Below are positions 41,455 through 51,657 of a stretch of 64,000 nt of DNA, piece after piece. Within the stretch, counting starts at the first letter, position 1; the number at the start of each line of letters is the position of its first letter. Position numbers and translations under genes: made by a program. The DNA is from Elusimicrobiota bacterium. GTDB taxonomy: Bacteria > Elusimicrobiota > Elusimicrobia > F11. The notes under the pieces are model-generated. The model saw nothing but the letters and a program-made list of their open reading frames with translations. It did no database searches and was not told where the DNA came from. The stretch is taken from NCBI GenBank assembly GCA_044221725.1, contig JBGAON010000001.1, forward strand, positions 512,001 to 576,000, written 5' to 3'.

Positions 41455-43345
41455 CTGGGCGGGAATCGCTCTTTTGTTGGCGACAGCGGGATCCGTTTTC
41501 GCCGCGGGTCCGTCTTTTCCGCTTCCCGATCAAGGCACCGAATTTCCGGTGGACTACAAAAAGTACGGCACGTTTTCCGGCGAAGGCACGAAAGACTTTA
41601 GGTACAAGATTACGGATCGTCCCGGTCTGGGGCGGGCAATGGGAGAAGGTTTGTACCCGAATGGTAACGGTTTGTCGAAGGATCAAAACTTTCTCAAATG
41701 GAAAAAGAAAAATCCCGGGGACTACAACCAGTGGGATTACGTGAATTCCGGCAATCCGCAGAACGATTTTTATATTTGGGCGACCGCGCGCGAAGTGGGA
41801 CCGGGTACCAAGCTTCTTTTTTCCGGCAAAGCATTGGCCGAAGCCGGGCATACCAAGCAGGCGCTTAAAGCGTTTTACGCGGTGCTCATTAATTTCCCGA
41901 AAGAACCGTGCTGGTCAGCGGATCACACGTTTGTTTGGTACGTGGCCAACGAAGCGTTAAACCAAATTGAATTGGTCACGCAGCGGCATCCTGAGGTTGG
42001 GGTCCGACTTGTGGGGGCGCGGTTCAAAGTGAAGAACGGCAACGATACCAATCTCCAGAACGACGAATTTATTATCGCGCCGGGTCGCTGGGAAAAACCG
42101 GTGGTCGGAAAGCCGGTCGATCTAACGGGCCTTAAAGTGATCAATCAGCGCGGCTATGGTAACGTGCATCTCGTTCAATACGAAAACCAGCATTGGCAAC
42201 TGATCGTCGACGGAAAACCGTTCATGATCCATGGCGTTACCTACATGCCGACGCCGATCGGCAAACATCTCTCTGGCTACGGTCTTAAATGGATGTTTGA
42301 AGACGCCGACGAAGACGGCAGTCCCGACGCGCCGTATCAGTCGTGGGTCGACGCCAACAAAAACAATCGACAGGATTCCAATGAACCGGAAGTCGGAGAT
42401 TTTGAACTTCTGCGTCGCATGGGCGCGAACGCAATTCGCATTTACCGCGCCTCCGAAGGAACCGAATACGATGCCGGCGAATTTAACAAGAAACTTTTGC
42501 GTGATCTGCATGATAAGTACGGGATTTCGGTCATCATGGGAGATTTCTTGGGCGCTTACACCATTGGCTCCGGTGCGAACTGGGAGACCGGGACCGACTA
42601 CACCGATCCCGTTCAGTTGGAGCGCATGCGAAACATCATCACCGAGTACGTGAAAGATCATCGGAGCGAGCCGTACGTTCTGATGTGGCTGCTCGGAAAC
42701 GAAAACATGATGCCGTCCGATTACAGCGGTGTGAACGCCACGCGCACAAAGGCGAGCACGCAGGTTCAGGCGTATCTCACGTTCGTGAACGAAATGGCCG
42801 AATTAATTCACCGCTTGGATCCGGAACATCCGGTGGGCGTGGGAAATTTGGAATTGATCAATCTCGACGAGCACAAGAAATACGCGCCCGCCGTCGATAT
42901 TTACGGCGCCAATCTTTACCGTGGCCCACAGGGTTTTGGGACCGTGTGGACGACCGTTCAAGAATCTTATGACCGGCCCGTTTTGATCACCGAATACGGT
43001 GTGGACGCTTGGGACTCCCGCAAAGAAAAAGAAGACCAGAAGGCGCAAGCCGAATATCATCAGGGAAACTGGGAAGATATCGAGTTCCACCGTGCCGGTG
43101 GCCGTGCGGAGGGCAACGCGATTGGCGGCGTCATCTTCGAGTATTCGGACGAGTGGTGGAAAAGCAACAACGGCGGCTGGGACGAACACAGCACCGAGCG
43201 AGATTTCCCCATGGCATTTCAGGATGGCTGGGCCAGCGAAGAGTGGTACGGCTTGATGAGCTTGGGGGACGGCAGCGGCGCACCGCTCATTCGCCAACCG
43301 CGGCAGGTTTATAATTTGTACCGCGACAAACTTTGGAAGCGCTAG
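41438..43345 (+). CDS. Exported clan GH-A glycoside hydrolase (GH2-like TIM barrel)
   Basis: Signal peptide, MGANAIRIY, WLLGNE (acid/base), LITEYG (nucleophile), FEYSDEWWK. Confidence 0.82.
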   Translation: MAQKNNWAGIALLLATAGSVFAAGPSFPLPDQGTEFPVDYKKYGTFSGEGTKDFRYKITDRPGLGRAMGEGLYPNGNGLSKDQNFLKWKKKNPGDYNQWDYVNSGNPQNDFYIWATAREVGPGTKLLFSGKALAEAGHTKQALKAFYAVLINFPKEPCWSADHTFVWYVANEALNQIELVTQRHPEVGVRLVGARFKVKNGNDTNLQNDEFIIAPGRWEKPVVGKPVDLTGLKVINQRGYGNVHLVQYENQHWQLIVDGKPFMIHGVTYMPTPIGKHLSGYGLKWMFEDADEDGSPDAPYQSWVDANKNNRQDSNEPEVGDFELLRRMGANAIRIYRASEGTEYDAGEFNKKLLRDLHDKYGISVIMGDFLGAYTIGSGANWETGTDYTDPVQLERMRNIITEYVKDHRSEPYVLMWLLGNENMMPSDYSGVNATRTKASTQVQAYLTFVNEMAELIHRLDPEHPVGVGNLELINLDEHKKYAPAVDIYGANLYRGPQGFGTVWTTVQESYDRPVLITEYGVDAWDSRKEKEDQKAQAEYHQGNWEDIEFHRAGGRAEGNAIGGVIFEYSDEWWKSNNGGWDEHSTERDFPMAFQDGWASEEWYGLMSLGDGSGAPLIRQPRQVYNLYRDKLWKR

Positions 43346-43692
43346 CGAAACTGAATTGCGGTGCCCGAGCTATCGAGCACGAGAAACGGAAGTCCCCATT
43401 GCGATTTTTCACTCATTGACCATTCGCTGGTTTCATCGGGGCGTCGAAAGCGCAGTCCCCAGTTTCCGCCGAAAACAAGCCAGGCCGTGCCGTCGCTCGA
43501 ATCGTCCATACGTTGCGCATACGCGGGCGCGAATGTTCCCGGGTCATCCACGGCTATCACGTCGCACCAGCTCGGATTGCCACCCGAACGGTCGTTAATG
43601 TTCACTTTTGCTACTTCGCGCTTGTCGCCACGGGTTGGAAATACGCGCTCGTCGGCGCCGCAATTTGGATTTTCTTCGACGAAAACATACAT
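43342..43692 (-). CDS. Hypothetical protein
   Basis: 116-aa ORF, convergent with and overlapping the GH stop by 4 bp. Confidence 0.6.
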   Translation of the reverse strand: MYVFVEENPNCGADERVFPTRGDKREVAKVNINDRSGGNPSWCDVIAVDDPGTFAPAYAQRMDDSSDGTAWLVFGGNWGLRFRRPDETSEWSMSEKSQWGLPFLVLDSSGTAIQFR

Positions 43693-43801
43693 AGTTGCTA
43701 CAATCTACACCATTCAATCTCCCATGGAAATGAATTGATTTTGCCGCAAAATTTATTTGTCGGACGCAGGTCCCTACGAAATCTACGAGTGAGGAAATCC
43801 T

Positions 43802-44980
43802 TTGAAAAATAACATTAAGCAATTTTTAAGTCGGATCGATTGGATGAACACAACCTTTTTGGTTGTAACGCCGCTGGTGGGTGTTGTGGCCACCATTCTT
43901 TGGTTTGCAAACGATTACTTTAACTGGGGCACATTCGCAGTCTTCCTCTTCATGACGGCCGCCACCGGTCTCGCGATCACAGCTGGCTACCATCGGCTCT
44001 TTTCACACAAAAGTTACGACGCGAATCCCGCCTACAAACTTTTCATGTTGCTTTTTGGCGCCGCCGCTTTTGAAAACACCGCGCTCCGTTGGGCGTCGGA
44101 TCATCGCAACCATCACAAGTTTGTGGATACCGATAAAGATCCGTACAACATCAAACGGGGTTTCTGGTACGCGCATATGGGATGGGTGATGCTTAAGTAC
44201 GACGCCGATCATGTGTACGACAATGTCGGCGACCTTGAGAAAGATCCTCTCGTGATGTTTCAACACCGAAACGGTATTTCGCTGGGCATCCTGGTCGGAC
44301 TTGTTTTTCCAACGATTCTGTGTTCGTTGTGGGGCGACTGGTTCGGCGGTTTGTTTGTCGCCGGCGTGTTCCGCACGGTCATGAATCAGCACTTCACGTT
44401 TTCGATTAACTCGTTCGCGCATTTATTCGGGAAACGGCCGTACTCCGACCAAAACACGTCGCGCGACAGTTGGTTTTTGGCCCTTGTTACGTATGGAGAA
44501 GGCTATCACAACTATCACCATAAATTTCCGTCCGATTATCGCAACGGCATTCAGGCTTACCATTGGGATCCGACCAAATGGCTTATTAAATTGTTGGAGA
44601 AATCGGGTACCACGTACAATTTGAGAAAGATTCCGAACGAAACGATTCTGCGCACAAAATTGAAAATGGACGAAAAGCGCATGCTTAAGAAATTGGAAGC
44701 GGAGGCAGTCCGAGAGCGCCATGTTCCCCATGAATTGGTGGTCGCCGGTCGGATGAAAATTGAAGAAGCTTATGCGCATCTATTGACGTTGAAGGTCGAA
44801 TACCAGCGGCTCAAAGCGGAAAAGTTATCCGCTTTTAACTCGCAAATGCACGCGCGCCTTCAGGTAATGAAAGACGAATTGGCGCACGCGCGCGCACGGC
44901 TGCACAAGGCGTCGGAAGAGTGGAGTCAGTTGTGCGGGACGCTCGGCGTTTCCTCCTCTCGCCTGATGTTCACGAACTAA
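43802..44980 (+). CDS. Acyl-CoA (delta-9) fatty acid desaturase with C-terminal helical extension
   Basis: His boxes HRLFSH, HRNHH, HNYHH; WDPTKWLI. Confidence 0.93.
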   Translation: MKNNIKQFLSRIDWMNTTFLVVTPLVGVVATILWFANDYFNWGTFAVFLFMTAATGLAITAGYHRLFSHKSYDANPAYKLFMLLFGAAAFENTALRWASDHRNHHKFVDTDKDPYNIKRGFWYAHMGWVMLKYDADHVYDNVGDLEKDPLVMFQHRNGISLGILVGLVFPTILCSLWGDWFGGLFVAGVFRTVMNQHFTFSINSFAHLFGKRPYSDQNTSRDSWFLALVTYGEGYHNYHHKFPSDYRNGIQAYHWDPTKWLIKLLEKSGTTYNLRKIPNETILRTKLKMDEKRMLKKLEAEAVRERHVPHELVVAGRMKIEEAYAHLLTLKVEYQRLKAEKLSAFNSQMHARLQVMKDELAHARARLHKASEEWSQLCGTLGVSSSRLMFTN

Positions 44981-45034
44981 CCCCAAAGGCAGGCGTACAT
45001 AGGGACGGAGTCCCTGCTCCGCCCCGTAACATCT

Positions 45035-46396
45035 ATGACATCCGAAAAAGACGTATTGGCGGCGCTTCGCCAAATCGAAGACCCTGATTTGCACCGTGAC
45101 ATTGTGAGTCTGGGTTTCATCAAAAATCTAACAATCTCCGGTGGCAATGTTGGGTTTGAGATCAATTTGACCACGCCCGCTTGTCCGGTGCGGGACGACA
45201 TGCAGGTGGAGGCGAAACGTGTGGTTCAAGAATTGCCCGGCGTTAAATCGGTGGACGTGAAAATGACGGCCGAGGTGCGCAAGAGCCTGGGTGAAGACAA
45301 GTCGGCCATTCAAGGCGTGAAGAATTTTATTGTTGTAGCGAGCGGCAAGGGGGGCGTCGGAAAATCAACGGTGGCCGTTAATCTCGCCGCCGCGATGGCG
45401 CAAACGGGCGCAAAAGTGGGCCTGTTGGATGCCGATATTTATGGACCAACGGTTCCCATTATGATGGGCCCCGATGCCGGTATCGAGGTCGGACCGAACA
45501 ACGAAGTGGTTCCGGCGTTCGCGCACAACGTGAAGTATATGTCGATGGGCTTTATGGCTCCCGGAGACAAGCCGCTCATTTGGCGCGGTCCCATGGCGCA
45601 CCACGCGCTGCAGCAGGCGCTGTTTCATACGAAGTGGGGGGAGCTCGATTATCTTTTCGTCGATCTTCCGCCAGGCACCGGAGACGTTCATTTAACGCTG
45701 GTCCAGTCGACGCCGATTACCGGCGCTGTGCTTGTGTCCACGCCACAGGATTTGGGCCTCACAATTTCATTAAAAACATTTCGAATGTTTGAGACCACGA
45801 ATGTGCGCATCTTGGGAATCGTCGAGAATATGAGCTTCCATATTTGCTCGCATTGCGGTGAACGGGAAGATATTTTTGGAAATGGCGGTGTGGAACAAGC
45901 GGCGAAGCGGCTCCAAATTCCGCTGCTCGGAAAAATTCCGCTCGATCAGTCGGTGCGCGAGCAAGCGGATCGCGGCGTGCCAGTGGTGGTTGCGGCTCCC
46001 GACTCTTCGGTCGCAAAGGTTTACAAAGACATTGTGAAGAAATTGGCCGCGCAAGTGAGCATCGCGAGTTTCTCAAAGAGCAACGCCCAAGTCGAAAAAT
46101 TTGAACTCGGCGACGGCGGAAAAAACATAAAGCTTCACTGGAAGGATGGATCGATCACCGAACACGCGGCGCGCGATTTGCGGCTCGCGTGCCGCTGTGC
46201 CGCATGCCAACACGAATTTACCGGAGAACGGATATTGAAGCCCGAAGCCGTTCCGTCCGACATCAAAATTCTCGACGCGCAGGTGGTCGGTCAGTACGCA
46301 TTGGGGTTCCGCTTCAGCGACGGACATTCCAGTGGGATTTATACGTTTCAGGCGCTCGCCGACCTGCCAAGAAACGGACAGCCTTCGCTGGCGTAG
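45035..46396 (+). CDS. mrp: Fe-S cluster carrier Mrp/ApbC with DUF59 N-terminus and DUF971 C-terminus
   Basis: LTTPACP, SGKGGVGKST, DLPPGTGD, CSHC; C-terminal LRLACRCAAC...FSDGHSSGIY. Confidence 0.9.
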   Translation: MTSEKDVLAALRQIEDPDLHRDIVSLGFIKNLTISGGNVGFEINLTTPACPVRDDMQVEAKRVVQELPGVKSVDVKMTAEVRKSLGEDKSAIQGVKNFIVVASGKGGVGKSTVAVNLAAAMAQTGAKVGLLDADIYGPTVPIMMGPDAGIEVGPNNEVVPAFAHNVKYMSMGFMAPGDKPLIWRGPMAHHALQQALFHTKWGELDYLFVDLPPGTGDVHLTLVQSTPITGAVLVSTPQDLGLTISLKTFRMFETTNVRILGIVENMSFHICSHCGEREDIFGNGGVEQAAKRLQIPLLGKIPLDQSVREQADRGVPVVVAAPDSSVAKVYKDIVKKLAAQVSIASFSKSNAQVEKFELGDGGKNIKLHWKDGSITEHAARDLRLACRCAACQHEFTGERILKPEAVPSDIKILDAQVVGQYALGFRFSDGHSSGIYTFQALADLPRNGQPSLA

Positions 46397-46397
46397 C

Positions 46398-46480
46398 CGT
46401 CATCCTGGCGTGTCTTAAGCCAAGATCCATTTCCATCGTTCGGTTTAAATGGGCGCTGGACAAAGACATTCCAGCGCGAC
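46398..46480. repeat. Degenerate CGTC-type REP palindrome between convergent mrp and pilT
   Basis: CGTCATCCTGGC..GCCAAGATCCA...TGGGCGCTGGA..TCCAGCGCGAC. Confidence 0.55.
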
Positions 46481-46483
46481 CTT

Positions 46484-47599
46484 TTAGTGCGGGTGGGTGC
46501 TCTTGAAGTACTCTTCCAAAATATTATCGTTAACCTGAAATCCGGCGCTGCGCAGTTTTTGCTCCATGTCTTCTTTTTCGGTGGCTTTTGTGTACGCCTC
46601 GAGCGGATGAATAAGATTTTTTTTCACCAACCGAATAAGCGCTTCGTTTAACGTTCGCATGCCTTGCGCACCGCTCGATTGAATGGTGGATTGAATCTGA
46701 TACGTTTTCCCTTCTCGGATCAGGCTCGAGATCGCAGGGCTCGACAAAAGTATTTCGAATGCGGCGACGCGACCTTCCGGTTGTTTTTGGCAAATCACTT
46801 GCGAGACAACCCCCAGCAGGGTTGTCGACAACAGCGAACGAATTTGAGCTTGGCGATCGGCCGGAAACATGTCGAGGATGCGGTCAACGGTTGAGGCCGC
46901 CGTGTTTGTGTGCAACGTGGCAAAAACCAAATGTCCCGTCTCGGCGGTTTCGATGGCGGTTTCAATTGTCTCGGCATCTCGCATTTCGCCGATCAAAACG
47001 ACATCGGGGTCTTCGCGGAGCGCTGCGCGCAAGGCAACTTTAAAATCTTTCGTGTGTTGCCGCACTTCGCGTTGATTGATTAGACAGTTTTTCATCGGAT
47101 AAACGAATTCGATGGGATCCTCGATCGTGATGATGTGTTCCGTGCGGACCGTATTGATGTGATTGATAATCGCCGCCAACGTCGTGGATTTTCCGCTGCC
47201 GGTCGGCCCGGTTACGATCACGAGGCCTTTCGTGAGATAGCAGAACTTTTTGATGACTTTTGGCAGTCCCAATTGATCAAGCGTCATGATTTTGGGCGGA
47301 ACCAACCGAAAGACGGCTCCGATGCCTTTGTTGTCGATAAAGTAGTTGCAACGGAAGCGGGCCGCGCCAGCCAATTCGTACGCAAAATCAATGTCGCCGG
47401 CCTGCGTAAACAATTCCCAGCGCGATTTGGGCGCCACTTCCATGAGATAGGTTTTCATCATTTCACTTGTGAGAACCGGTTCGTCGAGGGATTTCATTTG
47501 GCCCCGCACCCGCACCATCGGTGGGCGGCCGGTGCTGAGATGAAGGTCAGAGCCTTCCATCGCGCACAATTGTTTGAAGTATTTGTCCAATTCGGCCAT
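46484..47599 (-). CDS. pilT: Type IV pilus retraction ATPase PilT
   Basis: SDLHL, GPTGSGKST, TIEDPIE, LREDPDVVLIGEMRD, TGHLVFATLHTN, ISSLIRE. Confidence 0.93.
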   Translation of the reverse strand: MAELDKYFKQLCAMEGSDLHLSTGRPPMVRVRGQMKSLDEPVLTSEMMKTYLMEVAPKSRWELFTQAGDIDFAYELAGAARFRCNYFIDNKGIGAVFRLVPPKIMTLDQLGLPKVIKKFCYLTKGLVIVTGPTGSGKSTTLAAIINHINTVRTEHIITIEDPIEFVYPMKNCLINQREVRQHTKDFKVALRAALREDPDVVLIGEMRDAETIETAIETAETGHLVFATLHTNTAASTVDRILDMFPADRQAQIRSLLSTTLLGVVSQVICQKQPEGRVAAFEILLSSPAISSLIREGKTYQIQSTIQSSGAQGMRTLNEALIRLVKKNLIHPLEAYTKATEKEDMEQKLRSAGFQVNDNILEEYFKSTHPH

Positions 47600-47650
47600 A
47601 TTTTTCTACCTGTTTAATCTAACGGTCCGTCGTCAAATTTCAAGGATAAA

Positions 47651-47680
47651 TTGAAGGAACGTCAGCGGTTTGCATACAAT
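47651..47680 (+). promoter_or_regulatory. Sigma70-like promoter, probably leaderless
   Basis: TTGAAG-18-TACAAT followed 7 nt later by ATG 47688. Confidence 0.55.
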
Positions 47681-47687
47681 CGGCTTG

Positions 47688-49157
47688 ATGAAAAAAATTT
47701 TTTTAACCTCGTTTGTGCTGGCCGCACTTTCGTTTGGGATCGTACACGCGGATACGCTTGCGCAAATACGCGCGAGCCGCACGCTGACGTGGGGCGGCGA
47801 CATTCAGGGCGGCGAGCCGTACGTGTTTGAAAATCCGGAGAACCCAAAAGAATTAATTGGTTTTGAAGCCGATATCATGAACGAGATCGGCAAACGGCTG
47901 GGCGTGACCCCGGTGTTTAAGCAGAACGCGTGGTCCAATCTTGTGCCGGCGCTCGAGCGTGGCGATTTCGACGTCGCGATGAACGGGCTTGAAGCCACCA
48001 CCGACCGCCAAGAACGCGTGCTGATGTCGCGACCGTATTTTATTTACGTGGAAAAACTCGCGGTTCGGAAAAACGCACCGTTCCGATCGTTAACCGATAT
48101 GAAAGGAAAGCGTATCGGCACTTTGAATCAAACGTTCGCGTACGATCTGCTTGTGGCAAACGGATTCGATCCCGCCAGTTACGGCGGAATTTACGAAGGC
48201 GTGCAAGAACCATACTTGGACGTGGCCAACGGAAAGTTGGACGGCGTTTTGCTTGAGAGCATCATTGCCGACCGCTACGGATGTCCGCTGCCGCAAATTC
48301 GGTGTTTGCCCGATGAGGTTGCCCGCGGCGTCTACGTGATCCTTATGAGAAAAGGAGATGTGGCTTTAAAAGCTGAAATCGACGGTGCGCTGGAGGCCAT
48401 GCTCAAAGACGGCAAAATGAAATCGATTCTCACGAAATGGAATTTGTGGGATGAAAAGCAGTTGGAGCCGCTGCCGGAAATCTCGAAGGTGAACCGCCAT
48501 CGCACGCTCGATTGGGATCAGTTTTCGCTTTTTCTTGCAGGAGCGCTGACCACGCTGCAACTTTCGTTTGCGTCTTTTGGATTGGCGGTACCGCTCGGTT
48601 TTGCGCTGGCCGCCACGCGCGTGTACGGACGCCAGCCGTTTCGGTTTCTCGCCGCATCGTATGTGGAAGTTTTTCGGGGGACGCCGGTGTTGTTGCAGCT
48701 ATATGTGCTCTATTTTGGAATTGCTCCCTACATAAAGCTTGGAGCGTTGCAGGCGTGCGTTTTGGGTCTTGGACTTAACTACGCCTCGTACGAATCCGAA
48801 ATCTATCGAGGGGCGATGTTGGCCATTCCGCGCGGTCAGTCGGAGGCCGCGCATTCGTTGGGTCTCAGCACCTGGCAAACCTTACGTCACGTTATTATGC
48901 CGCAGGCTTTTCGTATCGCGCTTCCTCCAATGACAAACGATTTCATTGCGTTGCTGAAAGACTCGTCGCTGGTGGGCGTTATTGCGGTGGTGGAACTCAC
49001 GAAACGCATGACGATCGCGGCCGTCGATATGCGCGGTTGGCTTATTCCGGGCGTGCTGTGCGCGGCGCTTTACTTCGTGATGAGTTTTCCGTTGGCCATG
49101 ATGGCTCGCAACCTAGAAAAGCGACTTCAATATGATCACCATTCGCGGACTCGTTAA
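47688..49157 (+). CDS. Polar amino acid ABC transporter, fused substrate-binding + permease
   Basis: SBP family 3 (GFEADI), then FRGTPVLLQL and GQSEAAHSLG (EAA loop). Confidence 0.93.
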   Translation: MKKIFLTSFVLAALSFGIVHADTLAQIRASRTLTWGGDIQGGEPYVFENPENPKELIGFEADIMNEIGKRLGVTPVFKQNAWSNLVPALERGDFDVAMNGLEATTDRQERVLMSRPYFIYVEKLAVRKNAPFRSLTDMKGKRIGTLNQTFAYDLLVANGFDPASYGGIYEGVQEPYLDVANGKLDGVLLESIIADRYGCPLPQIRCLPDEVARGVYVILMRKGDVALKAEIDGALEAMLKDGKMKSILTKWNLWDEKQLEPLPEISKVNRHRTLDWDQFSLFLAGALTTLQLSFASFGLAVPLGFALAATRVYGRQPFRFLAASYVEVFRGTPVLLQLYVLYFGIAPYIKLGALQACVLGLGLNYASYESEIYRGAMLAIPRGQSEAAHSLGLSTWQTLRHVIMPQAFRIALPPMTNDFIALLKDSSLVGVIAVVELTKRMTIAAVDMRGWLIPGVLCAALYFVMSFPLAMMARNLEKRLQYDHHSRTR

Positions 49158-49818
49158 AAAATTTGGCTCTCTTGAGGTGCTTGCGGGCGTGGACGCGTCC
49201 GTGAATGCCGGAGAGGTTGTCGCGGTGACGGGACCGTCCGGTGTGGGCAAAAGCACGTTGTTGCGTTGTTTGAATTATCTCGAATCGTTTGATGAGGGGA
49301 ATATCGAGATTGCCGGGCATGAGCTGGTTCCGGGCATGAACCACGGCCGCGCAGGGGCGCTGCGCGATTTGCGAGCGTCCGTTGGCATGGTGTTTCAACA
49401 GTTCAATTTGTTCCCGCATTTAACCGCGCTCGAGAATATTGTGCTCGCACCGCAGGTGGTCGCGGGTGTGCCAAAGGAAGAGGCGGCCGCCCACGCAAAA
49501 GAGTTGCTCGAGCGTGTGCACTTAAGTAGCAAAGCGCACAATTATCCGTCACAGCTCTCGGGCGGTCAGCAGCAACGCGTGGCGATCGCGCGTGCGCTCG
49601 CACAAAAACCAAAAGTACTTTTGTTTGACGAACCCACAAGTGCGCTCGACCCCGCCATGAAGCAAGAGGTGTTGGACGTAATGAAGGAACTGGCGCGCGC
49701 CGGCATGACGATGCTGGTCGTCACGCACGAGCTTAACTTTGTATCGTCCATCGCAACCCGCGTATGGGAAATGCAGGCAGGAAAAATAGTGAGGGATCAT
49801 GTCCAAAGCAACCGATGA
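49132..49818 (+). CDS. Polar amino acid ABC transporter ATP-binding protein (GlnQ-like)
   Basis: GPSGVGKST, FQQFNLFPH, LSGGQQQR, FDEPTSALDP. Confidence 0.95.
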   Translation: MITIRGLVKKFGSLEVLAGVDASVNAGEVVAVTGPSGVGKSTLLRCLNYLESFDEGNIEIAGHELVPGMNHGRAGALRDLRASVGMVFQQFNLFPHLTALENIVLAPQVVAGVPKEEAAAHAKELLERVHLSSKAHNYPSQLSGGQQQRVAIARALAQKPKVLLFDEPTSALDPAMKQEVLDVMKELARAGMTMLVVTHELNFVSSIATRVWEMQAGKIVRDHVQSNR

Positions 49819-50236
49819 TTTGTTGAAGGATCACAAAATGATTCGAAAGATTTTAACCGAATGGAAAACAGGCAACCCTCGTTTTTCGCATGTTCATAAC
49901 ACGCTGACGCGCGTGGTGATTGGTCACGCCTGGTTTGAAGACCAAGTTTTCTTTCCGGTCATGGAAGCGGAACCCGTATTTGCAAAGCGCTTCTTGGACG
50001 AGCTGTATCAAGAGCACAAAGATATCGACGCGCTGCTAAAATTGGTAAGTAAGACTCCGACGGAAAAGCAGCCGCTTCTCGATTATTATGCGACGCAACT
50101 GAAGGTTGTGTTGGACACCCATTTCGCTAAAGAAGAAGATGCGCTGTTTCCCATCGTCGAGAAGATTTTTGATGCGGAAGGCCTCGAGAATTTAAGCGCG
50201 GAAATGCGGCGCCGCCAACACGAGAAAACGGAGTGA
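49799..50236 (+). CDS. Hemerythrin-domain protein
   Basis: [27 protein letters not shown]. Confidence 0.85.
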   Translation: MSKATDDLLKDHKMIRKILTEWKTGNPRFSHVHNTLTRVVIGHAWFEDQVFFPVMEAEPVFAKRFLDELYQEHKDIDALLKLVSKTPTEKQPLLDYYATQLKVVLDTHFAKEEDALFPIVEKIFDAEGLENLSAEMRRRQHEKTE

Positions 50237-50276
50237 GCATCATCCTGGATTAAAGATTTCCAGACGACAAGAATTT

Positions 50277-51065
50277 ATGAAACAGTATCTTGACCTATTA
50301 AAAGACGTTCTCGAAAACGGAGAGAAACGGGCCGACCGCACGGGCACGGGCACGCTCAGCTTGTTCGGTGCGCAGCTGCGGTTTCATTTGTCCGAAGGAT
50401 TTCCTGTGCTCACGACGAAAAAACTTCATCTGCGTTCAATTGTTCACGAGCTTCTGTGGTTTTTGAAAGGCGAAACAAACATTAAGTATCTGCGCGACAA
50501 CAACGTCACCATTTGGGACGAATGGGCCGACAACGATGGAAATTTGGGTCCGGTCTACGGGTCGCAGTGGCGCAACTGGGGTGGCACCGGCATCGACCAG
50601 ATTGCGGAACTTGTCGAACAAATTAAGAAAAATCCGCACTCGCGTCGCCACATTGTGAGCGCTTGGAATGTGTCCGACATCAAGAAAATGGCGTTGCCGC
50701 CCTGTCATGCGCTCTTTCAGTTTTATGTTCATACCGATGGGCGATTGTCTTGTCAGTTGTACCAGCGCAGCGCCGATGTGTTTCTCGGCGTGCCATTTAA
50801 TATCGCCAGCTACGCGTTGTTGACGATGATGGTTGCCCACGTGACGGGCCTGGCGCCCGGAGATTTCGTGCATACCTTTGGCGACGTGCATTTGTATTTG
50901 AATCACATTGATCAAGCAAAAGAACAATTGTCTCGCACGCCGCGGGCGTTGCCGACAATGAGAATTAATCCAGCGATCAAATCCATCTTTGATTTTAAGT
51001 TCGACGATTTTACTCTCGAAAACTACGATCCCCACCCCGCTATAAAAGCTCCAATCGCCGTATGA
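50277..51065 (+). CDS. thyA: Thymidylate synthase
   Basis: DRTGTGT, ELLWFL, MALPPCH, YQRSAD, PFNIASY, terminal APIAV. Confidence 0.98.
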   Translation: MKQYLDLLKDVLENGEKRADRTGTGTLSLFGAQLRFHLSEGFPVLTTKKLHLRSIVHELLWFLKGETNIKYLRDNNVTIWDEWADNDGNLGPVYGSQWRNWGGTGIDQIAELVEQIKKNPHSRRHIVSAWNVSDIKKMALPPCHALFQFYVHTDGRLSCQLYQRSADVFLGVPFNIASYALLTMMVAHVTGLAPGDFVHTFGDVHLYLNHIDQAKEQLSRTPRALPTMRINPAIKSIFDFKFDDFTLENYDPHPAIKAPIAV

Positions 51066-51553
51066 CGCTCTCTATCATTGTCGCGATGACCGAAGATCGC
51101 GTCATCGGCCGCAACAACACGTTGCCGTGGCATTTGTCTGAAGATCTTGTTCGCTTCAAAAAAATTACGATGGGTCACCCGATTATTATGGGACGAAGAA
51201 CGTACGATTCCATCGGGAAACCCTTGCCGGGACGAACCAATGTCGTGGTCACTCGCAATCGCGCTCTTAATATTGATGGAGTCCTGCTCTGCGGAAGTTT
51301 GGCGGATGCGGTCGCCTCCCAAAAAGGCAGCGATGAGATTTTTGTGATTGGAGGGGCGTCGTTGTTTGACGCGGCGCTGCCGATCGCCGATAAGCTCTAT
51401 CTGACGTTGATTCACGAAACGATCTCGGGGGATACGTATTTTCCGATGATTGATTTAAAAAAGGATTTCATAATCACGGAATCAACGGATGATGTCGGCG
51501 TGAAAGCCGACAAGTTGAAATTTTCGTTTATCACTGCCGTACGTAAAAAGTAA
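51062..51553 (+). CDS. folA: Dihydrofolate reductase
   Basis: [30 protein letters not shown]. Confidence 0.97.
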   Translation: MTLSIIVAMTEDRVIGRNNTLPWHLSEDLVRFKKITMGHPIIMGRRTYDSIGKPLPGRTNVVVTRNRALNIDGVLLCGSLADAVASQKGSDEIFVIGGASLFDAALPIADKLYLTLIHETISGDTYFPMIDLKKDFIITESTDDVGVKADKLKFSFITAVRKK

Positions 51554-51657
51554 TAAACGAAATAGGAATTCCGGCTGATTTGTCGATCGGAATCTATTTG
51601 TCTTATTTTCTTCATAACCTGGCGCGCCGAACGCCCTTCCTTAATACTTATTCCATC

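Noticed and set aside
50277..51553. thyA-folA as phage or mobile cargo
   Set aside because: Typical chromosomal pair with host-like composition and no mobile genes nearby.
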